This document shows, one piece after another, positions 19,409 through 29,673 of a stretch of 64,000 nt of DNA. Source of the DNA: a bacterium. GTDB taxonomy: Bacteria; Bacteroidota; Bacteroidia; Bacteroidales; Rikenellaceae. Position 1 is the first letter of the stretch; each line of letters starts with the position of its first letter. Position numbers and translations under genes: made by a program. The notes beneath the pieces were generated by a model. It searched no databases. It was not told the origin of the DNA and saw nothing but the letters and a program-made list of their open reading frames with translations. The DNA lies in the NCBI GenBank assembly GCA_963658625.1, contig CAVKRC010000003.1:24352-88351 (forward strand), given 5' to 3'.

Positions 19409-20833
19409 ATGATACTCAACCAAACCCAATCGCTGGCGATGCAGCAAAGGCTCTCGCCGCAACAGATTCAGATGATAAAACTGCTGGAACTGCCTGCGGC
19501 ACTGCTCGAACAGCGCATCAAACAGGAGGTCGAGGACAACATAGTCCTCGAAGAGGAGAAGCCCGCCGACGAGGAGGGCGAACAGCCGAAAGAGATCTCC
19601 ATGGAGGAGTACCTGCGCGAGGACGAGACGCCTTCGTACAAAAGCCGCATAAACAATTTCTCGAAGGACGACCGTCCGCGCAACATTCAGATTGCAGGCG
19701 GACGCTCGTTCCGCGAGTCTCTCGTCGAGCAACTCGGCTTCCGCAACCTTTCGGAGCGGGATATGCAGTTGGCGACATTCATCGTAGGCAGTATCGACAA
19801 CGACGGTTATCTGCGTCGCGATTTGGCATCGTTGTCCGACGACATCGCCTTTTCGCTCGGCATCGAAGCGTCGGTCGGCGAATTGGAGCGGCTGCTCGAC
19901 ATCATTCAGCATTTGGAACCCGTCGGCATCGGCGCGCGCGATTTGCGCGAGTCGCTGCTGTTGCAGTTGGAACAGACTGGGCTTGCAACGCCCGCCCAAC
20001 GTCTGGCTCAAAAGATTTTGAGCGACCATTTCGACGAGTTCGCAAAGAAACACTACGAGAAACTGATTGCGCGTTTGGGCATAACCGAACAGGAGTTCCG
20101 CGATGCCGTGCAGGAGATTCAACGGCTTTCGCCCAAACCGGGCAACCTCTATTCGGAGGACGGCAGCGAGGCTGCACCATACATCATTCCCGATTTCATT
20201 CTCGACTACCACGACGGGCGGTTCGACCTCTCGCTCAATTCGTACAACATTCCCGAACTGCGCATCAACCGCCAATATATGGAGGTGATTCGCAATATGA
20301 TGGGTGTACCCGACAGCAAGATGACCGAGCAGGACAAACAGGCGATACAGTTCGTAAAACAGAAAATCGACTCGGCTAAGTGGTTTATGTCCGCCCTGAA
20401 ACAGCGGCACGATACGTTGATGCGCACCATGCAGACCATACTCGATTACCAACGCGAGTATTTCAAGGAGGGCGACCGCAGCAAGTTGCGCCCGATGATT
20501 CTCAAAGACATAGCCGACCGCACGGGCTTGGACGTATCGACCATCTCGCGCGTGGTGAACAGCAAGTATGTCCAGACGCAGTTCGGCATCATACTGCTCA
20601 AATCGCTCTTTTCCGAGGCGATGCAGACCAAGAGCGGCGAGGAGGTGTCGAGTTTCGAGATAAAAAACATCTTGCAGGAGTGCGTCGATAGCGAGGACAA
20701 GCGCAAACCGCTGACCGACGAGGAGTTGATGAACATACTCAACGAAAAGGGCTACTGCATAGCGCGGCGCACGGTGGCGAAGTATCGCGAGATGCTCGAC
20801 ATACCCGTCGCACGAATGCGCAAACAGATATAA
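19409..20833 (+). CDS. rpoN: RNA polymerase sigma-54 factor
   Basis: Gln-rich region I, EPVGIGARDLRE, HTH DVSTISRV, RpoN box ARRTVAKYRE. Confidence 0.97.
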   Translation: MILNQTQSLAMQQRLSPQQIQMIKLLELPAALLEQRIKQEVEDNIVLEEEKPADEEGEQPKEISMEEYLREDETPSYKSRINNFSKDDRPRNIQIAGGRSFRESLVEQLGFRNLSERDMQLATFIVGSIDNDGYLRRDLASLSDDIAFSLGIEASVGELERLLDIIQHLEPVGIGARDLRESLLLQLEQTGLATPAQRLAQKILSDHFDEFAKKHYEKLIARLGITEQEFRDAVQEIQRLSPKPGNLYSEDGSEAAPYIIPDFILDYHDGRFDLSLNSYNIPELRINRQYMEVIRNMMGVPDSKMTEQDKQAIQFVKQKIDSAKWFMSALKQRHDTLMRTMQTILDYQREYFKEGDRSKLRPMILKDIADRTGLDVSTISRVVNSKYVQTQFGIILLKSLFSEAMQTKSGEEVSSFEIKNILQECVDSEDKRKPLTDEELMNILNEKGYCIARRTVAKYREMLDIPVARMRKQI

Positions 20834-20836
20834 CTA

Positions 20837-21943
20837 ATGGCGGCGGAGGGCAGGAAATACGACTATCTGATTGTCGGGGCGGGCTTGTTCGGCGCAACGG
20901 TCGCGTGGCGGCTCCACCGTATGGGTCGGCGGGTACTCGTTATCGACCGTCGCGACCACACGGGCGGCAACCTGCGGTGCGAGCGTATGGCGGGCATAGA
21001 CGTCCATCGCTACGGAGCGCATATTTTCCATACGTCGAACGAACGGGTTTGGAAGTTTGTGAACAGCCTCGTGCCGTTCCGCCCGTTCGTCAATTCGCCG
21101 ATTGCCAACTACTGCGGTCGGCTCTACAACCTGCCGTTCAATATGAACACCTTTCACGCGCTGTGGGGCGTAACCACACCCGAGCAGGCGCGTGCGAAAA
21201 TCGAGGAGCAGCGACGCGAGTGCGGCGTGGAGAACCCGCAGAATTTGGAGGAGCAGGCTCTGATGCTGGTCGGGCGCGACATCTACGAAACACTCATCAA
21301 GGGCTACACCGAGAAGCAGTGGGGACGCCCGTGCCGCGAATTGCCGGCGGAGATTATACGTCGCCTGCCCGTGCGCTTCACCTTCGACAACAACTATTTC
21401 AACGATCGTTGGCAGGGCATTCCCGAAGGCGGTTACAACACGCTGTTCGACACACTGCTCGAAGGCGTCGAGGTAAGGCTCGGCTGCGACTTTTTCGATA
21501 ACCGCGCCGAGTTGGAAGCCCTCTCCGACAAAACCATATACACGGGCGAAATCGACCGCTACTACGACTACCGTTTCGGACATTTGGAGTACCGCTCCCT
21601 GCGCTTCGAGACGCATACGCTCCCGCAGGAGAATTTTCAGGGCGTGGCGGTGATGAATTTCACCGATTCGGCGACGCCCTATACGCGCATAATCGAACAC
21701 AAACATTTCGCGGGGACAATCTCGCCGGAGACCGTTATCACGCGCGAATATCCGCAGGCTTGGACGGTCGGCAAAGAGCCGTATTATCCGATAAACGATA
21801 TACGCAACAACGCAATATACGACCGCTACCGCACGTTAGCAGAGTGCGACGAGCGCACTCTGTTCGGCGGACGACTGGCTGAATACCGCTACTACGATAT
21901 GGACAGGGTTGTCGAGCGGGCGTTGGACTTGAAATTGGAGTAA
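20837..21943 (+). CDS. glf: UDP-galactopyranose mutase
   Basis: GAGLFG, GGN, HRYGAHIFHT, GYTEKQWG, EPYYP, GRLAEYRYYDM. Confidence 0.95.
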   Translation: MAAEGRKYDYLIVGAGLFGATVAWRLHRMGRRVLVIDRRDHTGGNLRCERMAGIDVHRYGAHIFHTSNERVWKFVNSLVPFRPFVNSPIANYCGRLYNLPFNMNTFHALWGVTTPEQARAKIEEQRRECGVENPQNLEEQALMLVGRDIYETLIKGYTEKQWGRPCRELPAEIIRRLPVRFTFDNNYFNDRWQGIPEGGYNTLFDTLLEGVEVRLGCDFFDNRAELEALSDKTIYTGEIDRYYDYRFGHLEYRSLRFETHTLPQENFQGVAVMNFTDSATPYTRIIEHKHFAGTISPETVITREYPQAWTVGKEPYYPINDIRNNAIYDRYRTLAECDERTLFGGRLAEYRYYDMDRVVERALDLKLE

Positions 21944-21964
21944 ATCAATATAACACAAACAATT

Positions 21965-23131
21965 ATGAAATACGATATTTCGGCACGCATACGCTACATC
22001 GGTTGCGACGACAACGATCTCGACCTTTTCGAGGGGCAGTACGTCGTTCCCGAGGGCGTCTCCTACAACTCCTACCTCATACTCGACGACAAGGTTGCCG
22101 TGATGGACACCATAGACATACGCTGCACCGCGCAGTGGCTCTCCACGCTCGCCACGGAACTGGACGGTCGCACGCCCGACTATGTGGTCGTTTCGCATAT
22201 GGAACCCGACCACGCGGCAAGTTTGCAGGCTCTTGTCGAACGTTATCCAGACATTGCCATTGTCGGCAATGCCAAGACATTCGCGATGATAGACCAATTT
22301 TTCGAGACACTGCCCGAGTGCCGCCGCGTAACGGTCAAGGACGGCGACACGCTCCCGCTCGGCACGCATACGCTGCAATTCATTACCGCACCCATGGTAC
22401 ATTGGCCTGAGGTGATGCTCGCCTACGAGCAGAGCGAGGGAGTGCTGTTCAGTGCGGACGCATTCGGCAAATTCGGCGCACTCGACTGCTACGACGGCGA
22501 TTGGGATTGCGAGGCGCGACGCTACTATTTCAACATCGTCGGCAAGTACGGCGCGCAGGTGCAGTCGTTGCTCAAAAAGGCTGCCGCGCTCGATATTCGC
22601 GCCATCGCACCTCTGCACGGACCCGTTCTGCGCGACAATATCGCACACTGCATCGGACAATACGACACTTGGAGCAGTTACCGCCCCGAGAACCGCGGCA
22701 TATTCATCGCCCACGCCTCCATCTACGGCAATACCGCCAAGGCTGCGGAGGCATTGGCTGACATTCTGCGCGCAAAGGGTGCGGAAAAGGTGGCAATCGC
22801 CGACCTCACCCGCGACGACCGTGCCGAAGCCGTCGAGGACGCATTCCGCTACGACCGTATGGTACTTGCCTGCTCGACCTACGACGGCGGCATATTCCCG
22901 CCGATGGCGCAATTCCTCGCGGAACTGGCTCACAAGAATTTCCAACAGCGCACCGTCGCCATTATCGAAAACGGCTCGTGGGCACCGGTGGCAGGCAAAA
23001 AGATAAGCGAGATTTTGCAGTCGATGAAAGGCATCGCGCTCTGCGACCATACCGTAACGCTCCGCTCGTCATTCAAACGCTCCGACCTCCCGGCACTCGA
23101 AGCCCTTGCCGACGAACTGCTGGCGAAATAA
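21965..23131 (+). CDS. fprA: Flavodiiron protein (FprA/NorV-type; metallo-beta-lactamase fold plus flavodoxin)
   Basis: SYNSYLI, SHMEPDH, PMVHWPE, FSADAFG, APLHGP, ASIYGNT. Confidence 0.92.
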   Translation: MKYDISARIRYIGCDDNDLDLFEGQYVVPEGVSYNSYLILDDKVAVMDTIDIRCTAQWLSTLATELDGRTPDYVVVSHMEPDHAASLQALVERYPDIAIVGNAKTFAMIDQFFETLPECRRVTVKDGDTLPLGTHTLQFITAPMVHWPEVMLAYEQSEGVLFSADAFGKFGALDCYDGDWDCEARRYYFNIVGKYGAQVQSLLKKAAALDIRAIAPLHGPVLRDNIAHCIGQYDTWSSYRPENRGIFIAHASIYGNTAKAAEALADILRAKGAEKVAIADLTRDDRAEAVEDAFRYDRMVLACSTYDGGIFPPMAQFLAELAHKNFQQRTVAIIENGSWAPVAGKKISEILQSMKGIALCDHTVTLRSSFKRSDLPALEALADELLAK

Positions 23132-23152
23132 AATTCGGGTTTCGCTTGTTTT

Positions 23153-23171
23153 GTTACCAAATATTGGTAAC
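23153..23171. promoter_or_regulatory. Inverted-repeat operator upstream of the parDE toxin-antitoxin operon
   Basis: GTTACCAA-ATA-TTGGTAAC overlapping a TAACTTTA -7-like element, just upstream of the antitoxin start. Confidence 0.6.
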
Positions 23172-23194
23172 TTTACGACAAATTATAACGGATT

Positions 23195-23440
23195 ATGAAG
23201 ACGACATCGGTAGCACTCGGAACATATTTCGAGAATTTCATAAAGGCTCAAATCGGTCAAGGCAGATACAACAATGCGAGCGAGGTGATTCGTGCAGGGT
23301 TGCGACTTTTGGAGGACAACGAAAACCGCATCATCGCCCTGAAAGAGGCGATAGCGGATGGCGAGAAAAGCGGAATCGCCACCGACTTCGACCCCGCAGC
23401 CAATCTCAAAGCCTTGAAAGCAGGTATAATAGATGGCTGA
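23195..23440 (+). CDS. parD: Type II TA antitoxin, ParD family (ribbon-helix-helix)
   Basis: TSVALG...GRYNNASEVIRAGLRLLE...G..SG. Confidence 0.9.
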   Translation: MKTTSVALGTYFENFIKAQIGQGRYNNASEVIRAGLRLLEDNENRIIALKEAIADGEKSGIATDFDPAANLKALKAGIIDG

Positions 23441-23732
23441 TTTGAAATTTACCAACAAGGCGAAAGAGGACTTGAACTCTATTTGGTTCTACACCCTCAA
23501 CACTTGGTCGGAGAAGCAGGCGGACGACTATTACAATATGCTCATCGCCACCTGCAAACGCCTTGCAACAGGCTCTTTCGTCGTAACGCGCCAGTATCCG
23601 GAAATCGCACCCGACCTGTTCGGAGCCTATGCCGGCAAACATATCATCTTCTTCCGACCGTTCAACGGTTACGGCATATTGATTGTCCGCATTCTGCACA
23701 GCCGAATGGACATAAAAGCCAAGTTAAGGTAA
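23433..23732 (+). CDS. parE: Type II TA toxin, RelE/ParE family
   Basis: AKEDLNSIWFYT...WSEKQADDY...HIIFF...IVRILHSRMD; overlaps the antitoxin stop. Confidence 0.9.
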   Translation: MADLKFTNKAKEDLNSIWFYTLNTWSEKQADDYYNMLIATCKRLATGSFVVTRQYPEIAPDLFGAYAGKHIIFFRPFNGYGILIVRILHSRMDIKAKLR

Positions 23733-23744
23733 TGGGCTGATACC

Positions 23745-23778
23745 AAAAGTGCTGTCGAAACCCAACGACAGCACTTTT
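23745..23778. terminator. Bidirectional terminator between parE and GT2
   Basis: AAAAGTGCTGTCG / CGACAGCACTTTT. Confidence 0.85.
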
Positions 23779-23780
23779 CT

Positions 23781-24860
23781 TTATCTCCTTCTCCCGAAAA
23801 TCCTCACATACACCTTCGTCATAAACTTGTCGGTATGGCGCAATACGAAGCGACCGAGAGCCGAATGCCGATGCCCGTAACGCAGCCACCGTTCCAACAA
23901 ATCGACCTTCAACCGATTGTTCACGGGTACATCTATCGCCCCGATTCCGCAACGTCCCGCCAACCGCAGCAAACGCCCGTAAACCGCCACGAAATCCGAC
24001 GCGACAAACTGTCTGTTCGACATATCGAGCAGATATTTGCGCAACACTATGCGCATACGGTTTTTCACTATCTCCCGCAAAAATGCCACGCGCACAGCCG
24101 ACAACTCCCGTTTGGGAGCCTTGGCAAAATATGTCGCCATATTCTCGGTCAGTGCGACCAACTGCCCTATGCTGCACAACTGCACCGCCTCGTCCATCGT
24201 CTGCCCCTCGCGGGCAAGATTGTAGCGATAGAGCGGAATATCGGCAAACACGATGCTCCGCACCCGAAACAGCGGATAAAACACCCACTCTTGGTCGGTG
24301 TAGGATATGCCCTCGCTCTGCCGATAACCCATTTCGCGCAACATCGCGGTACGGTACGCCACCGAGTGCATCATAAAAAACCGTATAATCCCGTCGCCGA
24401 ACACCCGCTCGGCATCGTACGCCACACCGTATTCGTATTTACGGCGCGAATAAATGTCGTAATCGACATACCGCTCCCCGTATCGCCCGACCTCGACGAA
24501 CGGCGACACGACCATATCCGCCCCCGCATTGCGTTGCAGAAAGTCGATGTACTCCGCCAACCGTGCCACATCGAAACTGTCGTCCGCATCTAACAGCCGC
24601 ACATATTCGCCCGTCGCCGTCGGCAACGCGGCATTCACCGTCGAGCCGTAATTCCCGTTCGCCTTGTCGATAACGCGCACCACGCCGGGATAACGACGCT
24701 CGTACTCCCGCGCCACGGCAAGCGAAGAGTCCTTGCTGCCGTCATTCACCACAATCGCCTCCACCGCTTCGGCGGCGGGCGAAAGTACTATCGAATCGAG
24801 ACACTGCCCCAGCAATGCCTCCATATTGTAGGTCGGAACTATTACGGTCAAACGTTTCAT
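23781..24860 (-). CDS. Family 2 glycosyltransferase
   Basis: VIVPTYN, VNDGSKD, NGNYG, LDADD. Confidence 0.9.
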   Translation of the reverse strand: MKRLTVIVPTYNMEALLGQCLDSIVLSPAAEAVEAIVVNDGSKDSSLAVAREYERRYPGVVRVIDKANGNYGSTVNAALPTATGEYVRLLDADDSFDVARLAEYIDFLQRNAGADMVVSPFVEVGRYGERYVDYDIYSRRKYEYGVAYDAERVFGDGIIRFFMMHSVAYRTAMLREMGYRQSEGISYTDQEWVFYPLFRVRSIVFADIPLYRYNLAREGQTMDEAVQLCSIGQLVALTENMATYFAKAPKRELSAVRVAFLREIVKNRMRIVLRKYLLDMSNRQFVASDFVAVYGRLLRLAGRCGIGAIDVPVNNRLKVDLLERWLRYGHRHSALGRFVLRHTDKFMTKVYVRIFGRRR

Positions 24861-25705
24861 AATCTATCGTTTTCGTCGCCGAACGACAATCGGTACGGCG
24901 CGTGGTTCACCTGCTCCTCCTCGGGCAACACGGGACGCAAATTCGGATAGTGGTGCCGCAAATACGCCTCTATATTGCGCGGAGCCCACACCGTCAGCCC
25001 GCCGAATGGCATCTGCACGGGATTCTCCACGTCCGCGCGCGGAATCTGGTCTTTCGGCATACGCACTATGTTCACGCGCTTGCAGTCGCACCCGTTGTAT
25101 GCTCCCAGCACACGACACATTTTCCTGTAAATCCTTTCGCGCGACATACAGGCGCAAACCGCCCGCACAGCCAGACAGCCGACAAACGATTTCGGCAACG
25201 GCTCGTCCGCCTCGCACCGCCCGCACCATCGCCACAGCCAAATCGCCTTGCCGATGAAGCAGTTTATCCAAAATCCGCTCCGCCACCTGTGCCAACGCTC
25301 AGCCCACGGCGAATCGGGTATGCGGTCATACGGAAAAATATCGACGAATATGCCGTGATGAATATCCATATTGCGGAACATCTGCTCCACGAACAACGTC
25401 CCGTTGCGCTTGACTTTGGCAAAGTAAAACGGCGTATTCGGCTCCGTGCCGAACCACTCCAAAAAGTATTGCGGACGCAGGTGTTGCGATGCCTCACGCA
25501 GAAAACGCTCGTAATTCTCGCGCGTCATACCCACATCTATATCGTCGTCCCACGGCACTATGCCCCTATTGTACAACGCCCCTATCGCGCTCCCGCCCTG
25601 AATGAAATAGGGAATGCCGCACACCTCGCACACGCGCACTATCTCGGCGAGTATGTCGAGCAGTTCTGCGTGCAGCCTTGCCAAATCGTCGGGTTTGTAT
25701 TTCAT
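24857..25705 (-). CDS. licD: LicD family phosphotransferase
   Basis: Start MKYKPDD (25705); GGSAIGA, GIVPWDDDIDVGM, GIFVDIFPYD. Confidence 0.88.
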   Translation of the reverse strand: MKYKPDDLARLHAELLDILAEIVRVCEVCGIPYFIQGGSAIGALYNRGIVPWDDDIDVGMTRENYERFLREASQHLRPQYFLEWFGTEPNTPFYFAKVKRNGTLFVEQMFRNMDIHHGIFVDIFPYDRIPDSPWAERWHRWRSGFWINCFIGKAIWLWRWCGRCEADEPLPKSFVGCLAVRAVCACMSRERIYRKMCRVLGAYNGCDCKRVNIVRMPKDQIPRADVENPVQMPFGGLTVWAPRNIEAYLRHHYPNLRPVLPEEEQVNHAPYRLSFGDENDRL

Positions 25706-26670
25706 CACTGTACCAATAAGTTGCAACCTCTTATGTCGCTCTCCGCAACGCGACCTTCGATGCGGAATCCGCCCGCTTCCATGCATACGCCCATATCCTG
25801 CGTGGCGATGAAAGCGCACGAATAGATGTTGCCCAAATCGACTATATCTATCGCCCCGCGCCGTCCCGCACCGAAATGCGCGAACGGATTGTTCACATCG
25901 CGCACCAACACCCGCATCCACGGCGGTGCGACGAACAATCCATCGCCTGCCGAATATGCCTGCGACGAGAGTTCCGCCATTCCATACTCCGAATGTATCT
26001 TTTCGACGCCGAATGCCTTGCACAATATCGCGTGAAACTCCTCCTTGGGCATCTCCTTGCGCCTTCCCTTCATTCCGCCCGTCTCCATTACGACGGTATT
26101 GTCGAGTTTCGGCGCATATTTTTCCGCCAAATCGAGCAACGCATAACTCACCCCGAGCAGGATTTTCGGCTTCTCGTCCCGCGCCATATCGTCCAACAGC
26201 CGCTCGTAGTCGTCGAGATAAAATCCCCCGCTGCCGCACTCGCGAATCAACCTATCGACCATATAGACGAGCGACGAACCGCTGCGTTGCAGATAGTTGG
26301 GCAACAGCCCGTAGATGCTCCACTGCGACGGCTCGCCATAAAACCTGCGGAACGACGCCTCGAAATCGCGTTCATATATCGTAAGGTCTGCCATCGGGTG
26401 GTGCGAAGGCGTCATACCCGTCGTCGCACTCGATGTAAATACGATTTGCGGCTCACCTTCGCCGCAATATATATCGTGCGTTTTGAACAACTCTATCGGC
26501 AGAAACGGAATATCCTCCACCCTCTGCACCTCGCCGACCTCCACGCCGAGCAACCCGATATACTCCCTGTACGGCGCACACCGCTCCGCCTGAAAGCGAA
26601 ACAACCCCAACGCCGCCTCGCGAAACTGCTCGTCGGTCTCTATCGCAAATATCTCCTCCGCCCTAACCAT
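25705..26670 (-). CDS. LuxE-like acyl-protein synthetase / acyltransferase
   Basis: IPFLPIELFK, FTSSATTG, SSLVYM, METGGMKG, HSEYGMAELSSQAY, RGCNLL. Confidence 0.8.
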   Translation of the reverse strand: MVRAEEIFAIETDEQFREAALGLFRFQAERCAPYREYIGLLGVEVGEVQRVEDIPFLPIELFKTHDIYCGEGEPQIVFTSSATTGMTPSHHPMADLTIYERDFEASFRRFYGEPSQWSIYGLLPNYLQRSGSSLVYMVDRLIRECGSGGFYLDDYERLLDDMARDEKPKILLGVSYALLDLAEKYAPKLDNTVVMETGGMKGRRKEMPKEEFHAILCKAFGVEKIHSEYGMAELSSQAYSAGDGLFVAPPWMRVLVRDVNNPFAHFGAGRRGAIDIVDLGNIYSCAFIATQDMGVCMEAGGFRIEGRVAESDIRGCNLLVQ

Positions 26671-26690
26671 TTTCCAGCTGTTAAACTCCG

Positions 26691-28151
26691 CTATACAAAG
26701 TTAGCAAATTTCCCGAACCTTGCAACCATCTCCCTCAGTTCCCCGACAGCTTCCATTTTCGACAGCCACGCCACTACCGTGTACAATACCGTCCCCGTAC
26801 CGACCGCAACGCAGAATCGCCCGATAACCGACCATTCCGCCAATGCTGAATTAACAGCCGATACCGCCGCATACATCGCTGCCGTCGATAACGCAATCGG
26901 CGCAAGCGTCCGCACCAGTTTCCACCCTCCGACCTGCGCAAATCGCAGCGATGCCGCGATATTCACACATGCCTCGACCGCCGTCATCGCCACCAATCCC
27001 CACGCCACAGCCATCGCCGAGCGGGGAATGGTCAGCGCAAGTATCACGGTCATAATCACCTTTTTGACTATCTCCAACCGAATGATTATCGCCCCGTCGC
27101 TACCCACTTTCAGCACATTGTATGCTATCATCGCCAATGGGTAGAACACCCCGCACAGAGCCAGTACGCGGAAATACGGCACCGTCGGCAACCACCTCTC
27201 GCCGAGCAGCAACGCAAACATATCGCCCGCCACGGCAATCATTCCGACCATCACGGGAAACATAACGAATGCCGTAATCATCAACACCTTGCGATAACTT
27301 TCGGCGAATTTCGCCTTGTCGCCACGGATATTGGCGAGAGCGGGATAGGTTACGCTCTGCACCGACTGCATCGCCGATGCGACGGGCAGCTCTTTGAGCT
27401 TCTGTGCCTGATTGAAATAGCCGAGCGTCGAAGCCGTGTACATCTTGCCGATAAACATCTGCGCGATGTTGTTGTAAACCGCCGAAATGATGTCGGTCAG
27501 CATCAACCTTATCGAGAACGGAGCCATCGCCCGCAACTCTTCCGGCGCGAATTTTCCATCGGCTCGCCAACGTCCTCGCCACCAAAGCAATACGGCGCGC
27601 GTCGCCATTATGCCTATGCGCTGCCCGACCAATGCCCACACGCCCAAGCCCGTCCAAGCCAAGCCGATTGCCGCAATTCCCGCAACCAATGAGGAAGTGA
27701 AATTGATTTTCGACAACAGGTCGAACCGAAATTCGCGCGTGAAAATCGTGTTCTGAATCACGCACAACGCATTGAGCGGCAACACCAAAAACAGCACGGG
27801 CGCAATCCTGCCGATTACCTCCAAGCCGTAAAACCCCGCCACCGCAGGAGCCGCCGCGACAAGCACGGCATACAAAACCAACGAAATGGTTATATTAAAG
27901 AGAAACACCGACTTGTACTCGTCGGCAGTAGGAGCCGTTTTCCGAATGAGCGTCTGCGAAAATCCGCTATCGACCACCACCAGAGCCAACGCCGTGAAAA
28001 AGGTCATAATCGCCATCACTCCGAAATCCTCGGGCATCAGCAACCGTGCGACGATAACGCTCACCGCCACTTGCAGGAGCATCGAACCGACTTTCTCGGC
28101 AACGCTCCACGCCACTCCCGACGCGACCTTATCCCTCAACTGCTCCGCCAT
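26691..28151 (-). CDS. wzx: Polysaccharide flippase (WzxC-like)
   Basis: Multi-TM; ARLLMPEDFG, DSGFSQTLI, GVWALV, LGYFNQA. Confidence 0.85.
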   Translation of the reverse strand: MAEQLRDKVASGVAWSVAEKVGSMLLQVAVSVIVARLLMPEDFGVMAIMTFFTALALVVVDSGFSQTLIRKTAPTADEYKSVFLFNITISLVLYAVLVAAAPAVAGFYGLEVIGRIAPVLFLVLPLNALCVIQNTIFTREFRFDLLSKINFTSSLVAGIAAIGLAWTGLGVWALVGQRIGIMATRAVLLWWRGRWRADGKFAPEELRAMAPFSIRLMLTDIISAVYNNIAQMFIGKMYTASTLGYFNQAQKLKELPVASAMQSVQSVTYPALANIRGDKAKFAESYRKVLMITAFVMFPVMVGMIAVAGDMFALLLGERWLPTVPYFRVLALCGVFYPLAMIAYNVLKVGSDGAIIIRLEIVKKVIMTVILALTIPRSAMAVAWGLVAMTAVEACVNIAASLRFAQVGGWKLVRTLAPIALSTAAMYAAVSAVNSALAEWSVIGRFCVAVGTGTVLYTVVAWLSKMEAVGELREMVARFGKFANFV

Positions 28152-28172
28152 AGTAGTCGAAAACGGGCGTGG

Positions 28173-28595
28173 CTACCTGCGCAACCGCAAAGCCTCCACG
28201 CCCAGACGATACGAATCCAATCCGAACCCGATTATCGAACCCGTCGCCGCCGTCGCCAGCAGCGAAGTGCGCCGAAACTCCTCCCGCGCCCCGATGTTCG
28301 AGATGTGAATCTCCACCACGGGTACAGCGATTGCCGCCACCGCATCGCGAATGGCGACCGACGTGTGCGTATAGCCGCCCGCATTGAGCAATACGCCGTC
28401 ATACGCGCCGTCGGCACGTTGCAACGCATCTATGATTTCGCCCTCGACGTTCGACTGCACATAGTCTATCCGAATGTCGGGATACTCTCCGCGCAATTTC
28501 GGCACGAACTCCTCGAAACTCTCGCTGCCATAGACGCCCTGCTCGCGCCGACCTTGCAGATTGAGGTTCGGTCCGTTGATAATCAGAATCTTCAT
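28173..28595 (-). CDS. aroQ: Type II 3-dehydroquinate dehydratase
   Basis: NGPNLNLQGRRE..VYG, QSNVEG, NAGGYTHTSVAIRDA, EIHISN. Confidence 0.95.
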   Translation of the reverse strand: MKILIINGPNLNLQGRREQGVYGSESFEEFVPKLRGEYPDIRIDYVQSNVEGEIIDALQRADGAYDGVLLNAGGYTHTSVAIRDAVAAIAVPVVEIHISNIGAREEFRRTSLLATAATGSIIGFGLDSYRLGVEALRLRR

Positions 28596-28604
28596 CGCTT
28601 TCGG

Positions 28605-29513
28605 CTATTTCGCCGCCAGACAGGCGAGCGCAATCGAATACTTTTTCGACAACGCCGAATCGCCGCGCGAGGTCAATACGCAAGGTACCTTCGTACCCAT
28701 CACCATCGCCGCCAACTCGCCGTGTCCTATATGCGACACCGACTTGAAGAATACGTTTGCCGATTCCAGATTCGGGAACAGCAACGCATCTACATCGCCC
28801 GCAACAGCCGAACCCTTCACCTTCTTATGCTCCGCAACCTCTTTGAACAGAGCCACGTCCAATGATATTGGTCCATCTACCACGACATCTCCCAACTGTC
28901 CGCGGTCGCCCATCTTGGCGAGTATCGCAGCCTCGGTCGAAGACGGCACGCTCGGCAGAACTAACTCCGACGGAGCAACGCAACCGATTTTCGGCGTCTT
29001 TATGCCGAGCAACCCGGCAACCTGTGCCAAATATTTTATCAGCGTCTGCTTCTGCTTGAAGTCGGGCAGCGGAATCACTGCAATGTCCGACGCCAGCAGC
29101 AACTTGTGATAACCTGCCCACTCGAACACCGAAACGTGGCTCAACGTACCCTTCGGCGGAAACAGCCCCGCCTCCTTGTTCAATATGCCGCGCATATATT
29201 TGTCGGTCGAGACCAGACCCTTCATCAATACGTCCGCCGTGCCTGCCACTACCGCAGCCACCGCAAGCGATACGCATTTCACGTCGCTCTTCTCATCTAC
29301 TATTCCGAATACGCCGCTGTCGATGCCCAAATCCTTGCACACCTGCTCTATAACCGCGCGGTCGCCGTAGAGCGTCGGCTCCACCAGCCCCTCTTTATAG
29401 GCGTCGTAAACCGCCTCTATCGTGTGCGAATCCTGTCCGTATGCTACCGCCAAGCGTTTTCTTCCGCGAGCCTTTGCCGCTTCGACAATCTCGCTCAAAT
29501 GTCTGAATGCCAT
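28605..29513 (-). CDS. ptb: Phosphate acyltransferase (PTA/PTB family, Ptb-like short form)
   Basis: ADVLMKG, DGPISLDVA, PNLESAN, VLTSRGD; adjacent to ackA. Confidence 0.8.
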   Translation of the reverse strand: MAFRHLSEIVEAAKARGRKRLAVAYGQDSHTIEAVYDAYKEGLVEPTLYGDRAVIEQVCKDLGIDSGVFGIVDEKSDVKCVSLAVAAVVAGTADVLMKGLVSTDKYMRGILNKEAGLFPPKGTLSHVSVFEWAGYHKLLLASDIAVIPLPDFKQKQTLIKYLAQVAGLLGIKTPKIGCVAPSELVLPSVPSSTEAAILAKMGDRGQLGDVVVDGPISLDVALFKEVAEHKKVKGSAVAGDVDALLFPNLESANVFFKSVSHIGHGELAAMVMGTKVPCVLTSRGDSALSKKYSIALACLAAK

Positions 29514-29557
29514 AATGATTTATGTTTTTTATAGTTTTATGTCTCCAAAAATCGCAA

Positions 29558-29659
29558 GGAGCGAATAGCGACACAGCGAAAAAGGAGTCATTCCATGCCC
29601 GCGTCTCTTTGCGGGCGAGTTGGAATCTACCGCTGTTTCCGTCATGTCGTAATGGCTCC
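29558..29659. repeat. Nested palindromic intergenic element with a GTCATTCC...GGAATC core
   Basis: Nested complementary arms GGAGC/GCTCC, GCGACA/TGTCGT, ACAGCG/CGCTGT, ATTCCA/TGGAAT, GCCCGC/GCGGGC. Confidence 0.5.
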
Positions 29660-29673
29660 GTAACGAATATCCT

